In this document: positions 1-13,962 of the stretch, piece after piece | How the letters are laid out: every line of letters begins with the position of its first letter | Numbering within the stretch: the first letter of the stretch is position 1 | Source of the DNA: Schizosaccharomyces osmophilus | Taxonomy: Eukaryota | Direction: 5' to 3' | Assembly: GCF_027921745.1 (NCBI RefSeq) | Contig: NC_079238.1 | Location: 372,001-436,000, forward strand | DNA length: 64,000 bases | Program-made: the position numbers and the translations under genes | Notes under the pieces: generated by a model | What the model was told of the DNA's origin: nothing | The model's database searches: none | What the model saw: the letters and a program-made list of their open reading frames with translations, nothing else

Positions 1-2
1 AA

Positions 3-2238
3 AACAAAGCTAGTATATTACAAGTATTATATAGCCTATCAAGTTTAAGTGAGACCATCAGTGAACTGGCATCTTCTCATCCAATGAATTCTCTCTCAGA
101 GGTGCAGGCTTTACCCTCTTTGGGACCTGAACGTACATTTTCTGAAACTACAGAAGCAAGGAACACGAGCAAAAGCATACCTGTCTCTGAACGAAATTCT
201 GTGTATGAGTGGTCATCTTTTTCACAAAAGCAGCCGACACCTGCTGAAGAAAAAGCTTCGCATACTGAAGAAATTTCTAATAGTGAGAATTATTTGAAAA
301 GTGCCACGCTGTTTATTCTTCAAGGCGTTTCAACGGACCTCGTGAGTTTTCATGATGGTAGTGCTGACTTATCACAACAAATCCCCTCTCATCATATATT
401 ACAAATTCGTTCTTTATGTGAAATTGGTCTTCTTTATCGACAGCTGAAAAGATTTGCTGATTATGATGGGTTTCAAACTTCACCTTCAACTTTGAGATTA
501 TCTGAATCTTCATCTGAGGAACAAACTCTTGCATTACAAAGTTTCCGAGCATTCGTTTCTAAAGAATTGACGCAGTACCTAAGTCTTATCGCTTCTTTAG
601 AGTCCCAACTTCGAACAGACAATTCAACGAGATCACAGACTGTTAGCATTCGGCGTTGTATAGTATGGACTAATAAGCCACGACTGAAGTTTCGGATACT
701 ATCATCCATTGTAGATTCATATATAAAGGAAAAAAACAAGAAGAAGCTAATTCACATTGTTGCCAGATACAGCTTCCATGGTGATCCCATCATTCACGAC
801 CTTAGCAAGCGGGTACTGATGGAAATCACTCAACCCCTTCATGAGATGATTGAGAATTGGGTTTATAAAGGAGAGTTGATTGATCCTTTTCGGGAGTTTT
901 TTGTCATTGAAAGTGATGATATATCTCATACCCATGATAGACAGGGAACAGGACGAATTGTTTGGAAAGGAAAATATCACTTAGAAAAAGAATTAATACC
1001 AAGCTTCCTTTCAAGTCCTTTAGTTGAAAAAATATTTCTTATCGGAAAGTGTCTCAACTTTGCCCGCTATGGTTGTGATGATTCAGAATGGACTCAGGAG
1101 CACTATAGCAAATTTGCAAAAAAGCTCTCATATACGGACTTTCAGAGTCTAAAGTTAACTATTGATATGGCTTATACACAGTCCACTCGACATCTCGTTC
1201 AACTTATGGAAGAGAAGTTTCATTTGAGTGAGCATTTGAATGCTATCAAAAAGTATATTCTTTTGGGCCAAGGTGATTTTGTTACATATTTAATGGAAAG
1301 TTTAGGTGATTCTTTAGAACAACCTGCCAACACTCTTTTCAGACACAATCTTACAACATGCTTAGAGAGTGCAATTCGCTCAAGCAATGCCTCTTACGAA
1401 CAAGGGTATGTTTTAAAGCGCTTGGATGCAAGGCTATTGGAGTTATCCCATGGTGAAGTAGGCTGGGATGTCTTTACCTTGGAGTACAAAGTGGATTCTC
1501 CAATTAACGTTATTATCACTCCCTATTGCTCCAGACAATATTTAAAAATGTTTAATTTTCTATGGAGATTAAAAAGAATTGAATTTGCTCTTTCTCATTC
1601 TTGGCGTCGGTCAACTCTAGGAGCCCGGAATATTATTCGTGAACTAGATTTCGTTCAACCAGAATGGCATTTTGTCAGTATTCACTTGGCCGAAATGATT
1701 CACTTTATCTGCCAGCTTCAATATTATATTCTTTTTGAGGTAAGTCTACAAACATCAAGCTAGGTCACTAATTATCATATAGGTTATTGAGATTAGCTGG
1801 GAAAAACTAAAAGAGGAAATGTCAAAGCCAAATGCTACATTGGATACATATATTGAAGCTCATCACCATTATGTGACCAGTATCACACATAAAGGTTTGC
1901 TGGGTAGCGCCAGATCGCGGACTGAAGATTCCTTCCTTCACCAGCTTCATGAAATTCTAAAGACCATCTTATCTTTTCATAACACAATTGAGGTTTTGCA
2001 TAGTTTTTCTGTGTCACTATACAGTCGTTTGAAGGTCAATGCTCTTATATCCACAGAGTCATTGGAAGAAGAGTACGTGCCTATTCAAGAAAAACTTCAA
2101 CACTGTTCAGAAGAATTTCAGCTACGACTAAAACACTTTCTGTATGGTTTAGCTACTCAAAAAGATTCAGAAATGAGGTTTTTGTCTGTTCGTCTGAATT
2201 TTAACGAATTCTACGCACTCCAGCAAAAGAGGATATAA
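3..2238 (+). CDS. alp6: Gamma-tubulin complex subunit GCP3/Spc98, 5' end cut off by the window edge; exons <3-1739 and 1783-2238
   Basis: Frame is open upstream of the track's 84 start back to the window edge. GRIP motifs KKYILLGQGDF, GWDVFTLEYKVDSP, QYYILFEV and RLNFNEFY. Intron 1740-1782 (GTAAGT...CTAAT...TAG) joins the two ORFs in frame (FE|VIEISW). Confidence 0.93.
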
Positions 2239-2389
2239 AAGTTTATTTATATGTAAATTAAGTTTATTAAAAAAAAAAAAAAAAAGAAATGTAACTTCAT
2301 GTCTTCTGAGATTGACCATTTGAGTTCGCCTTTAACCAACCACCATTTCCGCAACACCTTCCTGAAACCATCAATTTTTGAACAATTCG

Positions 2390-4113
2390 ATGTCTGCACC
2401 TTCTGGAAGGCTTCAACCGCAGCGGTTTGCTGCGTTGCCAAATCCGATCACAGCTGAAAATAAATTTTGGCGATCTTTCAAAGTTCCTGTCGTAGCAAAG
2501 GAATATAGTTCTGTCAGCAACATTCATTTCTCTGCTGAATCACCACATGATTTTGCTGTTACAAGCGGTACACGTGTTCAAATATATGGAGCAAGCTCAC
2601 GTTCTGTGAAGAAAACAATTGCCCGTTTCAAAGATATTGCATATTCCGGTAATATTAGAAAAGACGGTAAACTACTCATTGCAGGTGATGCCACTGGTCT
2701 CGTTCAGGTATGGTTTTTAATTTTTGAATGATTAAAGGCGTTTGGGCTTGTTTTAGAAGTTTCCATATTGTGAAGACCTATATTCTGTGCTGAAGAAAAA
2801 AGCGACATTAATAATGGTTATGAAGGTTTATGAAAATTGTTTCACACAAGAAAAGAGGAATTATAACAGTTTATCTTGCGCCTTTTATTATTATTATTAT
2901 TTTTTGCTTTTTAAAGAATATGAAACCGGCTAACATAACCTTTTAGATTTTCGATTTATCGACTCGTAGTATCTTAAGAAGTTTAAATGTGCATAAGTAT
3001 CCTGTGCAGGTTACTAAATTTTGTCCTTATTCAACAACTAGCTTCCTTTCTGGATCTGATGACAAGACTGTTAAAGTCTGGGATTTAACTACGGGTGAAG
3101 CTAGCCATGATCTTCAGGGACATGAGGATTATGTGCGTGCCGCAGAATGGCTAAGTGCTACTAGACTGGTAAGTGCTGGTTATGATGGCACTGTTCGATT
3201 ATGGGATACACGTTTGGCACAACCCGAGGTAATGTCATTTGATCACGGAGATTCAGTGGACGCTGTCTTGCCCCTGCAATCAGGAAGTACTATAGTTTCT
3301 GCTGGTGGGCCTTCTGTTAAGGTTTGGGATCTGGTAGCTGGTAAATCAACAGCAGCTAAAACACTGGCCAACCATCAAAAGAGTGTTACATGCTTGAGCA
3401 CGAATTCAGACAATACTCGTGTCTTAAGTGGTGGTTTAGATGGCCATGTCAAAATTTACAACGTGGCTGATTGGAAGGTTGTCCACGGTATTAAATATTC
3501 TGCTCCTATTTTGTCACTGGGTCTTTCTCCTGACGATCGAAATCTCGTCGTTGGTATGACCAATGGTGCTTTGTCTCAAAGAACCCGCCGCGTAGGCAAG
3601 CAACCGACCACAAAGACTCCTTTCCTCTTAGGTGTCGGCAGTGCATTTGGTGTTGCTCAACGTAAAAAAGACGTTTACAAGGGTGAAAATGATGAATTCT
3701 ACGTCGAAGAAGTACGTCGTAAAAGACTTCGTCCTTTCGATAAAGCTTTGAAAACTTTTAATTATGGCGATGCTTTAGATATGTCCCTAGAAAACGGATC
3801 CCCAATTTTGGTGGTTACCATGTTAATTGAATTATTGCATGTGGGAGGTCTACGTATAGCGATTTCTAACCGTGACGATCTTTCTCTGAGTCCGCTTTTG
3901 AAGTTCTTGCGAAAATATATTCAAGATCCACGCTTTACAGACGTTTTGACTATAGTTGCAAACACTGTCTTGAACATATATGGAATTGCATTGGGCGGTA
4001 GTGTCATGGTTGAAAGTGCCATTTCAAAGTTCCGCGAAAAGGTTGAGCAGGAAGTTGTCATTTCTCAAAAAGCCAACGAGCTGGTTGGCATGTTAAATAT
4101 GCTTTCAGCATAA
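2390..4113 (+). CDS. utp15: U3 snoRNP / SSU processome WD40 protein Utp15; exons 2390-2707 and 2947-4113
   Basis: WD40 repeats (SGSDDKTVKVWD, HEDYVRA, SGGLDGHVKIYN) plus a UTP15 C-terminal helical region. Intron 2708-2946 (GTATGG...CTAAC...TAG) is in frame. Confidence 0.92.
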
Positions 4114-4584
4114 AGCAATATCCTATGCTTAATTCCTTTTAAAAAAGGAAAAGGAAGTTAAGCCGTATATACACGAGAAAAGGTTTTTATATATTTTTGT
4201 ATGGTTCGGACAAAGGCAGTTTACTATTTGCGATGAACTGGTTCTCATTTACTTTTGGTGAATGGTTTATATAAACCGCTTTACTGATATAATTTAAACA
4301 AAAAGTAATAGGGCTCTTCAATAATAGAATTGGGTTGGTGATTAATAAGTTTAAGTGAATATTTATTAAACGGTACAGGTTTAAATTAGAGACTTCGGTT
4401 AACGAATTGAAAACACCAAAGTAAAGGTCATAAAAGATTCGTAATATATAAGAGCAAAAAATAGAAGAAGAAAAAAAAAGTATTGTCAAACTGCCAGCAG
4501 CTTAACGAACCAAGAATCCAAATTATGAAATGAGTAAGCGTCATTTCGACATATAATAGGAATAGACATGAAAATAATGTGTGA

Positions 4585-5844
4585 TTATTCACGGATTTTC
4601 TGGTTTAATTCAGAAACAATTTGAGAACGAAGGTAAGGCTTCCCTTGAACCATTCTAGTAAAGGTGACCACTTGAACATTTCCTAGATGGTGGATGGAAC
4701 ACCACGAAGGGAGCGTAGAAGCAAGTAGTTGAACCATGTCAATACATTCGTTTAAAGACATATTACAGGAAAGAGACTTTTGAATGCTGGAGACTAACTC
4801 CGTCATAGAAAATGAACGCCTTGAAGGCCAAGTCGAAAGCTGAACAAAAATAAGGTCAATGATCCGAACTAGGGAAACCTTCTCAGAAGACAGTTTTTGT
4901 AGGACGGGGTCTTTTTTGCTTATCTCAATTTTCTTAGCTTCTGCAACCTGCTGCTTTTTGCGAACACGATCAAACAGTGAAGACTGCCGCAGAGATAACT
5001 GTGCTGGGTTCTCTTTCTTTGTAGCGACGCTACTTGTACTATGGCTTTTTAACTGTAACGAGGATTTGGAAGCAACGGGAGTAACCGATGATTCAACTTG
5101 TTTTTCAAAAGAAGATGAATCTTGTGTTGAATTATTATGTTTATCAGATTCACCTTCTTCTTTCTCCTGGCAACACACGGTTTCTTTCGTGGGAGATGCA
5201 GTCTTTTTCAAATGAAGCAATTCAGTCAAAGATGGTGTTCCAGGATTATTCTGATTTAATTTAGGCAAAGGAGGAAGTTGAGTTTCGGGAATGTCTTGAG
5301 TTTGAGGATGAATCTCAAGGTACCTTACGAGACGACGATGAAATTCTTGTAACCGAGACGTATTAGCATCTAAAGCTTTTTGGGATGAAGATTGAAGCTC
5401 ATAAGTAGCAACTCGGCGGCCTTGATACTGCGAGATACACGGCCTCAGTCGATATGCTTCCGGCCATATGGTAAGAATTTGCGCAAGGTGAGACAGGTGA
5501 AACGATAGTTTTATTGACGAAGAGACCTTTGATTGCAAAAGTTGAAACGTTGGTTTTGTATTAATAGAAATATGAAAGTTCCAGCAAATGTCTAGAGCGG
5601 AGAAAAAAGACTCTAAAGGATGCTTTGCCGGCGAATAATCTGTTGAAACGCTAGGCTGGCAGGATTCCGAAGAATTTGGATTATCCTGATGGACTACCTT
5701 CTTTTTTAGAGCTGGAAGGGGTGTGGGAGCATTTGGAAGTTTGCAATTGTCTGAGTCATCTGCTTCTGAAAGCTTTCGTTTTGATGAAGGAAAGCGAACT
5801 TTTTCTACAGAAAACGGCAATGTTGTTTGCGAACCAGCGCGCAT
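4585..5844 (-). CDS. cdt1: DNA replication licensing factor Cdt1
   Basis: N-terminal PIP-like GSQTTLPF, central HLAQILTIWPEAY, SLFDRVRKKQ, and a C-terminal winged-helix region. A dense MCB cluster lies upstream. Confidence 0.9.
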   Translation of the reverse strand: MRAGSQTTLPFSVEKVRFPSSKRKLSEADDSDNCKLPNAPTPLPALKKKVVHQDNPNSSESCQPSVSTDYSPAKHPLESFFSALDICWNFHISINTKPTFQLLQSKVSSSIKLSFHLSHLAQILTIWPEAYRLRPCISQYQGRRVATYELQSSSQKALDANTSRLQEFHRRLVRYLEIHPQTQDIPETQLPPLPKLNQNNPGTPSLTELLHLKKTASPTKETVCCQEKEEGESDKHNNSTQDSSSFEKQVESSVTPVASKSSLQLKSHSTSSVATKKENPAQLSLRQSSLFDRVRKKQQVAEAKKIEISKKDPVLQKLSSEKVSLVRIIDLIFVQLSTWPSRRSFSMTELVSSIQKSLSCNMSLNECIDMVQLLASTLPSWCSIHHLGNVQVVTFTRMVQGKPYLRSQIVSELNQKIRE

Positions 5845-5878
5845 TACCTTAACAAAAAATAGAATGTTTGAATGAAGG

Positions 5879-6237
5879 ACGCGTCTTAATTAACTTGGCT
5901 TCTTTTTATAAAAAGCGCGTCGCGTCTTTACCACGAATCTCTCGCGTCGCGTTTGTTTATGACGCGTCGCGTCTCGTGCCTCATCGCGACGCCAAACGCG
6001 AGAATTATCAAACGACAAAGAAAAGAAAGCATGAAAAATGTAAGAAAACAAAACTTGTCTTTCATTTCCCGTATCTTCGACACGTCCTAGCCCTCTAAAA
6101 TTTAAGTAGAACTTGTCTCGTGTGCGCGAGGTCTTTGATGCCGAAGAGTCACTGACTGCGTTTATGGAAGCAAAGCATAGCTAAACCATGTTGAACGCGA
6201 CTCCATTTGAGTAAAATGAAGCAAGTAGCTTACGCGT
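5879..6237. promoter_or_regulatory. MCB (MBF/Cdc10-binding) element cluster upstream of cdt1
   Basis: ACGCGT at 5879, 5962 and 6232. Tandem CGCGTCGCGT near 5916, 5943 and 5963. More ACGCGA copies. CGCG is otherwise rare in this AT-rich window, and cdt1 is an established MBF target. Confidence 0.85.
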
Positions 6238-6717
6238 TTCTTTGTAGTTGCGTTCTATAGACTTTTTCTAAAGATAGTTTTTTCAAGCATACTTCTTTTT
6301 TTTTTACATTATAGAACAATAATAAAATTGGTTTGAAAAAACCCCGTATAAGCAAATGTTTTGGAATCCCTAGGGTTCTCGCATTTCATAATTAGTACCA
6401 AAGTGTTTCGTGTCCATGTTCATCTTAAAAATTCAAACCTGTACGATATCATGCTACAAATGGATTTTATAACGAAGGAATACGGCTATACCTGTAAGCG
6501 AACCAAGAAGTGTTTATGTATATAATGTGTGCAGGAAAATTTACAAACATTATAGAGTAATTTACAATTTCATCTATTTGATAATAAAATACCACTGTAT
6601 GTAGCTAAAGTCAATGCACTTTCCCATGATGAAGAAACCTTCAACGTGCTTTGGTAAGCAACTTAACTTCTACCATCACCCAGCTTACCTATTTCTTGTT
6701 TATAGGGTTTCTACAAC

Positions 6718-7149
6718 ATGTCTGCTCAACAGTTCTACGGTGATAAAGGTTACGTAAGTACTGGAACCATTTTTATGGTAGAAACCATATGTTTACTGCA
6801 TTTCCACGAACAATGCTAACCAATGTGTTCTCTAGGGTCCTGCTCCTCCCCAACAAGCCTACGGCGGTTATCCTCCTCAACAAAACTACCCTAGCTACCC
6901 TCAAGGAGGCGGTGGTTATCCTCAACAACAGCCCATGTATGTTCAACAACCTCCCCAAAATCAAAGTGCTGGTGGTGGTGATATGTGCTGTGGTTTGTAA
7001 GTAATTTCTTTCATGCAACGAATGGCAACAGCGAGTGAGCCTAAGCTTGATTCACTGATAGTCGTTTGTATACACCTCAAGAAATAGGAACTAACTTTTT
7101 TAGGTTGGCCGGTCTTGCATGCTGTTGCTGCTTGGATGCGTTGTTTTAA
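6718..7149 (+). CDS. uvi15: Tail-anchored CYSTM-domain stress protein Uvi15; exons 6718-6753, 6836-6996, 7104-7149
   Basis: Spliced translation MSAQQFYGDKGYGPAPPQQAYGGYPPQQNYP...GGGDMCCGLLAGLACCCCLDALF*. Both introns are GTAAGT...CTAAC...TAG. Not in the ORF track. Confidence 0.92.
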
Positions 7150-8310
7150 GATGGATGACGTACAAGTGATGCGTATCCTCAGTAAATGATTATAATATTA
7201 AAAAAAATATGTTTATTATCGTTGAAATCTTGCCATTTTGAGCTGGCCCTTTTCAGGTCTCTTGCTTGAGTAATACTTCCTTTTTCTTCAGAATAACTGA
7301 CATTTTTCCCGGAGCAAATGGCTTTGGAAAAGGTTAGAGATCCTTTCCATTTTTCTTTGTAGCCTTCTACGTTCTGTTTACGCTATGGAAAAGGGAATTA
7401 ATTTGTCCTGATTCATTCATGTTGTATTGGTACCTGTTTGACTTTTTTTTTTATTTGGATTATTTTATTAGGATTGTACAAGAAAAAGCATATTTACTTT
7501 CCCTAGAGAGTGTATCGACGAGGCGAAATGGAAAATCCTTGACTCTGTTTGCTTGCAAATTGCCCTTAATTGCATAAGTTCGGTAATTTTGTGAATACAT
7601 CTGACTAAACAGAATAGACATCGCTATTCGAACGTTTTAATTCTTCATCTCTTCTCCTTTTAATTTATAATCGAATATTTCAAGGAACTAATCCTTAGGC
7701 TTTCGTTTTCATATATATGGTGAACGTACCATTTAGTATACTAATGGACTTAATAAACACTCCTTTAGTGATTGTGATATTTCTTGTCTAAATTAGTGTT
7801 CTAATCCTTATGGCAAAGTTTTATGCTAGAGATACAGGGAGAACTGTTGAAACAAATGTAGAAGTCTGTCTCGTAAATGAGTTTCGTTTTCTTGATCTCA
7901 TGCCGTTTTGTAGACAGGAAGAAAGGAATGGGAGACAAGTCAATGAATCGAAATCAATTCTTCAATAAAAAACGTACAGATGTTCATGTCAATCATCATG
8001 ATGCTATTGAAGGACAAAATCTTTTCTTTCCATCATCCTGTAGTAGTAGTATTCTTTTCTGGCTTACGAAGCAATTCTAAATAGAATGTTAATCTGCATT
8101 AAGATATAATAGTATCAAAGTTACAATTAAGAGTAACAAGGCTATTAGTAATGCAAAGCAATGCAGTAAACAATCCAATACAACAACAAACGAAAAAAAG
8201 TCGAGTTCAATGAAACGAGATCTGGAAAGCAAAGAAGAATTTGAAGCGTTTATTATATTTTTTAAAGAAAATTTTTATAGAAGATTGTTCTGATTGAACG
8301 TAGAGTCACT

Positions 8311-10101
8311 ATGTCGGGTAAGGAGCTAAAGCATTTCCATGTAAACAAAATGGCAAATACTAACTGAAATTGCATAGATACTTTGAATACACCACCAACA
8401 TACGCGTGGGTATGGAACGCATTTTCCAGAAAACTTGCAGGAACTGTAACAAAGCCCACATCGAATCCTCCAAACAATGTTTACGTTGAAGAGGTGAATC
8501 CTGAAGATGCAGAAAACAAGATTCCCGAGGAAAGTCTAAGGCCTATGGATGAGCTTACGCCTACAAAACATAAGAACGGGCAAAACGGCATTTTGAAGAC
8601 ACCCGGCACTTTACAAATAAAGAAGTCGGTGAATTTTAAAGATCATCTTGGTGACGACTCGCTGTACCGTGAACTTCAGCAAAAGGGATACGAGAAAGAG
8701 AATAAAGAAAACCACATGAGACCAAAAAATCGATTTAGTAATGACTTTGACTATGACTTTGAGGATAAGTATTTCTCTCAGCCTTCATCCAAGCAACTTG
8801 CCTATAAATTAAGCCAAGTAGCTCAACTGGAAGGTAAAACCGAAAATTCTTTCAAACTGCGACAAAAAGAAGAAAATAAATTTCCACTAAAGCACGGTAC
8901 AAAAGAAGAAACTCATCCCATGGACAATCTCGGATTGCTTCGCGATCAGGGTAACCCAAAGTTCAAGGTAGAACCGAAAAACCCAACGTCGCATTTTACC
9001 GAAACAGATAGATCATTACCAGAATCTTCGGATACTAAACAGGAAAACTTGGAATGGTCAAAGCTGATCAAGGATTGTTTTCGGGATGTAGTAAACAATA
9101 ATCGAAAAATGAAGAATATCATACACGACGTCCTCGTTGACACATCGCACTTGATTAACTCAACGGAAGTCCCGGATGAGGCCGACTACACAATAAATCT
9201 GGATGACCCTATGTCTTCGTCAGGAAAGTATTGGAAACAAAAATTCGATTTGCTCGAAACAGCGCACACTGATTTGGAAGACGAATTGGAAAAAATAAGG
9301 GAGAGGGTAGATGCGATTATGACAGAAAGACAAGAAGAAATCTCGTTTTGGAAAAGAAGATGCAAATTACTGGAGGTAGATAACGATCGACTTTCTCGTA
9401 TGCAAAAAAAACAAGAACCAACCTTTACGAAACATAAAAATAATGTCGTTCCGAAAGCAAAAGAGAATTATCCAATTTCCAAAGAATTGGACATTCCTCT
9501 ACGGGAAAATAGTCTGTTTCATTTCAGCCCCCCAAAGCAAACCAGGGAATCTATCAAGCTCCCCAATGAAACATTTTCTAATCCGTTAGATATGTCGCAT
9601 CTGGCAGCAGAGATGTTGTCCCACTCGGCGAAGAAAAAGCAACCCAATGATAGTTTCTTCAATTTTGGGGATGGTTCTGGTCCAATTTCATCTACTCCTG
9701 TATCCGCAGCCTCCAAAGTTCGACAAAGGTTATTACATGCTACTCAAACTCCGACCCCATTACCCATGCCAAATCGAAGAAAAGAGCCTCAAAATAAGCC
9801 AAGCGAGATTGAAGATTCTTTGATGCCATCCATGGGTTTACTATCCAAAAACCGTGAGTTAGCCAACCGACAACTGGCCCATAAAAAAGAACCCAGCAAT
9901 GCAGAATTTCTGTACGGAAATCCTTCGCGAAATAAGCAGAAATATACGTTGACGCAAGTTCATCCTTATGAGCGGGATTTACAACCGAAAGATTTATCAA
10001 AAGTTAATGAACTAACAGCAGAACAAAAGCTTTCGAAGGAGCGCTCAGCAAGAGCTAGGAGTCGTTTGGAAGAAAGAAGGCAACAAAGAGGATATGCGTG
10101 A
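8311..10101 (+). CDS. cut12: Spindle pole body protein Cut12; exons 8311-8317 and 8378-10101
   Basis: Spliced N-terminus MSDTLNTPPTYAWV. Bipartite PP1-docking region GILKTPGTLQIKKSVNF. Cut12 motif DYTINLDDPMSSSGKYWKQKF followed by coiled coil. Intron 8318-8377 (GTAAGG...CTAAC...TAG). Confidence 0.92.
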
Positions 10102-10628
10102 AATACTTTCATTCCAAAATGAATGCTGTCCCTTTAGTGATGACACTTGTACTTTTATGATTTTGTTTTTGATGATTATCGGTTATGAACGACGACAGTG
10201 ATCTCCGATACGTATATTAATTAATTTTGTTTTGAATGAAGATCTACGATTTGTTAACAATATAGCATTTCACTTTTCGACAATTTTTAAAGTGTGCATT
10301 TGTACTTTTAATAAAGATCCTCAAAAGCAGTTCCATAAGCGGCGTCCATCAAGTAATGAGGTATACTTTTTGAATACTTGTTTACTCTCTACTATGGCTA
10401 CGACGTACAACGCACTTCAAAATTACAACAAGCAAAATGTCGTATGGTAGAGTTATAATTTAAGTTTTCTTTTAAATCAATCTATTTATTTGCATTTGTT
10501 TACTTGTATACACATAGGTATCTGCATGAATGGTGGTAACCTACTCTGTTATTTTTCCAGAGCATAACTCTTCGACCATTCCTTGAAAAAAAGCTAAACT
10601 CAAGCAAAGACGACCTTTCATAGTCAAT

Positions 10629-11821
10629 ATGGGTGCTGCAGAAAAAGTAAAGGAGATTATTATTTCGATTATTAACTAAAAACTGTTTAGATTCTAGAAA
10701 TTGAGGCGGAAATGCGCCGGACGCAAAAAAACAAGTCCACTGAATACCACTTGGGTCTTGTAAGCAAGAGAAATAGTTATAAAGAAACTAAGCACTTACT
10801 AATCGTTTGATTTTAGCTAAAGGGAAAGCTTGCGAGACTTCGTACCCAGTTACTTGAGCCTACCACGAAAGCAGGACCAAAAGGTGAAGGCTTTGATGTA
10901 GCAAAAAGCGGAGATGCTAGAGCTGCTTTTATTGGATTTCCTTCCGTCGGTAAATCTACTCTGCTTTCTGCGATTACAAAGACCCGATCTGCTACTGCTA
11001 ATTATGAGTTTACAACGTTGACTGCCATCCCGGGTGTTTTAGAATATGATGGTGCTGAAATTCAAATGTTAGATCTTCCTGGTATTATCGAAGGTGCCTC
11101 TCAAGGAAGAGGTGGTCGCCAAGCAGTTTCTGCCGCAAGAACAGCTGATTTGATTCTTATGGTGTTGGATGCCACAAAAGCTGCAGACCAACGTGAAAAA
11201 ATCGAGTACGAGCTTGAACAAGTGGGCGTACGACTCAATAAAAGGAGACCAGACGTTACCATTAATTATAAAAAGAACGGTGGCATCAAATTCAACCATA
11301 CAGTTCCTTTGACCCATATGGATTTTAAGATGGCTTTTAACATTCTTCATGAATACAAACTTCACAATGCTGACATTTTGATTCGTGAAGATATTACTGT
11401 GGATGACTTTATTGATGTGGTTATGGGAAATAGAAGATACCTAAATTGTCTTTATTGCTACAGTAAAATCGATGCTGTCTCTTTAGAAGAAGTTGATAGA
11501 CTAGCCCGTTTGCCCAAATCCGTCGTTATTAGTTGTAACTTGAGATTGAATCTGGATTTCCTGAAGCAAAGAATTTGGGAGGAACTCAGCCTTAACAGAA
11601 TTTATACTAAACGGAAGGGTGAATTTCCTGACTTTAGTGAAGCTTTGATCGTCCGTAAAGGCTCAAATATTGAACAAGTTTGCAATCGAATTCACAGAAG
11701 CTTGGCCGAGCAACTTAAATACGCTTTGGTATGGGGAAGTTCCGCGAAACATAGCCCTCAGTTGGTTGGTCTCAGTCATTGTGTACAAGAAGGAGACGTG
11801 GTTACAATTGTTACAAAGTGA
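10629..11821 (+). CDS. gtp1: DRG-family (Rbg2/DRG2-like) GTPase; exons 10629-10646, 10691-10759, 10817-11821
   Basis: RTQKNKSTEYHLGLLK, G1 GFPSVGKST, YEFTTLT, DLPGIIEGA and a TGS domain. Two canonical introns keep the frame. Confidence 0.9.
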
Positions 11822-12099
11822 TGAAAAAGTATATATGGATACGTATACTCTAAAAAAAATTCGAAGCGTGCTTCGTATAAGTTTTGCTACAAGTTTTAAA
11901 AAGATATACACATAATTATTTTGATTAAAAATTTAATATGATGGTGAAAAGGAAGTTCAAGATTTCACATATGTTCTATATGATCTAAATTAGGAACCCA
12001 TAATTTTGGATTCCAGTAACCAAGATTACTGAATTGTACTTCATATGTACAGCTCCATCGTAACAATTATAGTTTGATCATAACGAGTGAGATAAGTTA

Positions 12100-13962
12100 T
12101 TAAGCCATAGGAGCGACAGGCAACCCGTAAGAGTCACCTTTAATTTCCTTTTGTAACTGTTCATAATAGCCATAAATGGTGGTAGTGCAAAGCAGAACAG
12201 CAGTGCCCGATCCCAATGCACCAAGAAGATCAGAAGCGACAGCAAGGGCGCCAACACAGGCACCGGAAAGCAAAGCAGCAGTGGGAATAAGACGCTTTAA
12301 TTCTTTGTACATACTTCCTTCCCGATATCCAGCCATCACCAATTGCTGGCTCTTTAATTGCTTAGCAACATCACGTGGGCTGGAACCAGAAACCTCGATC
12401 CAAAGCTTAGAGAAGACTGCGCAAGCTACCATGGTGAAGCCAACGTAAACCAAAGTATGAATGGGATCGATAAGAGCATCTTGGAGGGAAATTGGTGGAG
12501 AGAGATAGTAAGAAAGACCAGAAACGGCACCTTGCTCCCACACACCCAAGAGACGAACCAAAAAGTTATCAGAAAAGCGGTTGAACAAAAGACGGCTAGC
12601 CAAAAACAGGTTGGAAGTTAAGGCAGACTGCAACATGATGGGAGTGTTGGAAGTGTATAAAAGCTTGATTGGGAAAGTACTGCGGAAACCACGGAATTTC
12701 TGAGAACGAATGGGAATTTCAACGCGGAAATCTTGCAAGTAAATAACAACTCCAAAGATCATAAGAGTAGCGAAGAAGTTCCAGAGATTGGGCAATTGAA
12801 TATGACTGCTAGTAAGGCCAGTACGGAAAAATGATTGATACAAGGCGGATATTTTGTTGTCCCACTTGAGCATGACATAAACAAAATTGATTACAGCACC
12901 TTCAAATTGAACTCCGTTGGCAATATGGTACGTGGTTGGAGAGAAAGCTTTCCAGAAAATACTTTCACAATTGATGGTAGCAATAAAGAGAGAAATACCA
13001 GAGCCGAGTCCATAACCCTTCTGCAAGAGCTCATCCAAAAGCAAAACGATTATACTAGCAGCAGCAAGTTGAAGAATTAACAGAAGACAGATACCAGCTC
13101 CAAGGTCTTGAGGGCGACCATACATTCCGGTTAAAACATAAGCGGTAGCTTGACCAAACGCGATAATAATTGCCAGAACTGTTCAATGTTAGCATTGAAA
13201 ATAAAAAAGGAAGCAGAGATTGAGAAAACCAATAAATTCTTAGAGCAATAATATGTTTCTTGCTTTCAAAATGCAGGAACGTATAGTCATTGAAGGATAC
13301 GCTTGCTGACCTCTTCATCAATTGTCTTACATTTTTGGGCAATTTGGTACATTTCTCTATCAGATTTCAATTCCATATTGACCTCAATTAACTGAGAACC
13401 GACGAGAAGCTGAATCAACATGCTAGAAGTAACGATGGGTGAAATACCCAATTCCATAAGAGTGCTAATTATGTGTTAAAAAGGTAAAGTTCAATGAAAA
13501 CACGTCCAGTTTCTGTTATAAGTGTTTTCTTAACTTTTTCTCTTCTAAATAAAAGATTTAACCTGAACGTGTAATTTCACATACCCTCGATTTGCAGCCA
13601 AAATCATACGCAGCCACCTAATGTCCGTTAGCTTTTGTTTTAAACCTTCCCTGTGTAACCTACAATAATGGATCTGAGGTATCGGAGGAAACAATGCCGT
13701 AAAGAGGTACTTGCGACATAACCAAGAAGATCAGTAGTGTAACGCCTGTCCAAAGCATTTTCTGTTTAAATGGAACCTAACGCTGTTAAAATACGCGCTT
13801 TCACAGAATTTTTGAGGATATACATCCTCCAAATAGTCATACTTTGCGTTCAGGAGCAGCAATCTCCGGCAAAAAAGGAGCGAATGGTTTAACCAAGTCT
13901 AGAAATCGTACTACAAGATGTTAGCAATTTTTTAATGGGCTAAAGTCCTTACAATCACTCAT
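12100..13962 (-). CDS. sec61: Translocon alpha subunit Sec61; six exons (13962-13953, 13910-13843, 13776-13664, 13617-13585, 13464-13331, 13178-12100)
   Basis: Spliced N-terminus [32 protein letters not shown]. SecY motifs [22 protein letters not shown] and [18 protein letters not shown]...AG introns located by hand. Confidence 0.95.

Noticed and set aside
6654..6705. Possible 5'UTR intron of uvi15 (GTAAGC...TAG)
   Set aside because: No well-placed consensus branch site, so it cannot be supported without transcript data.
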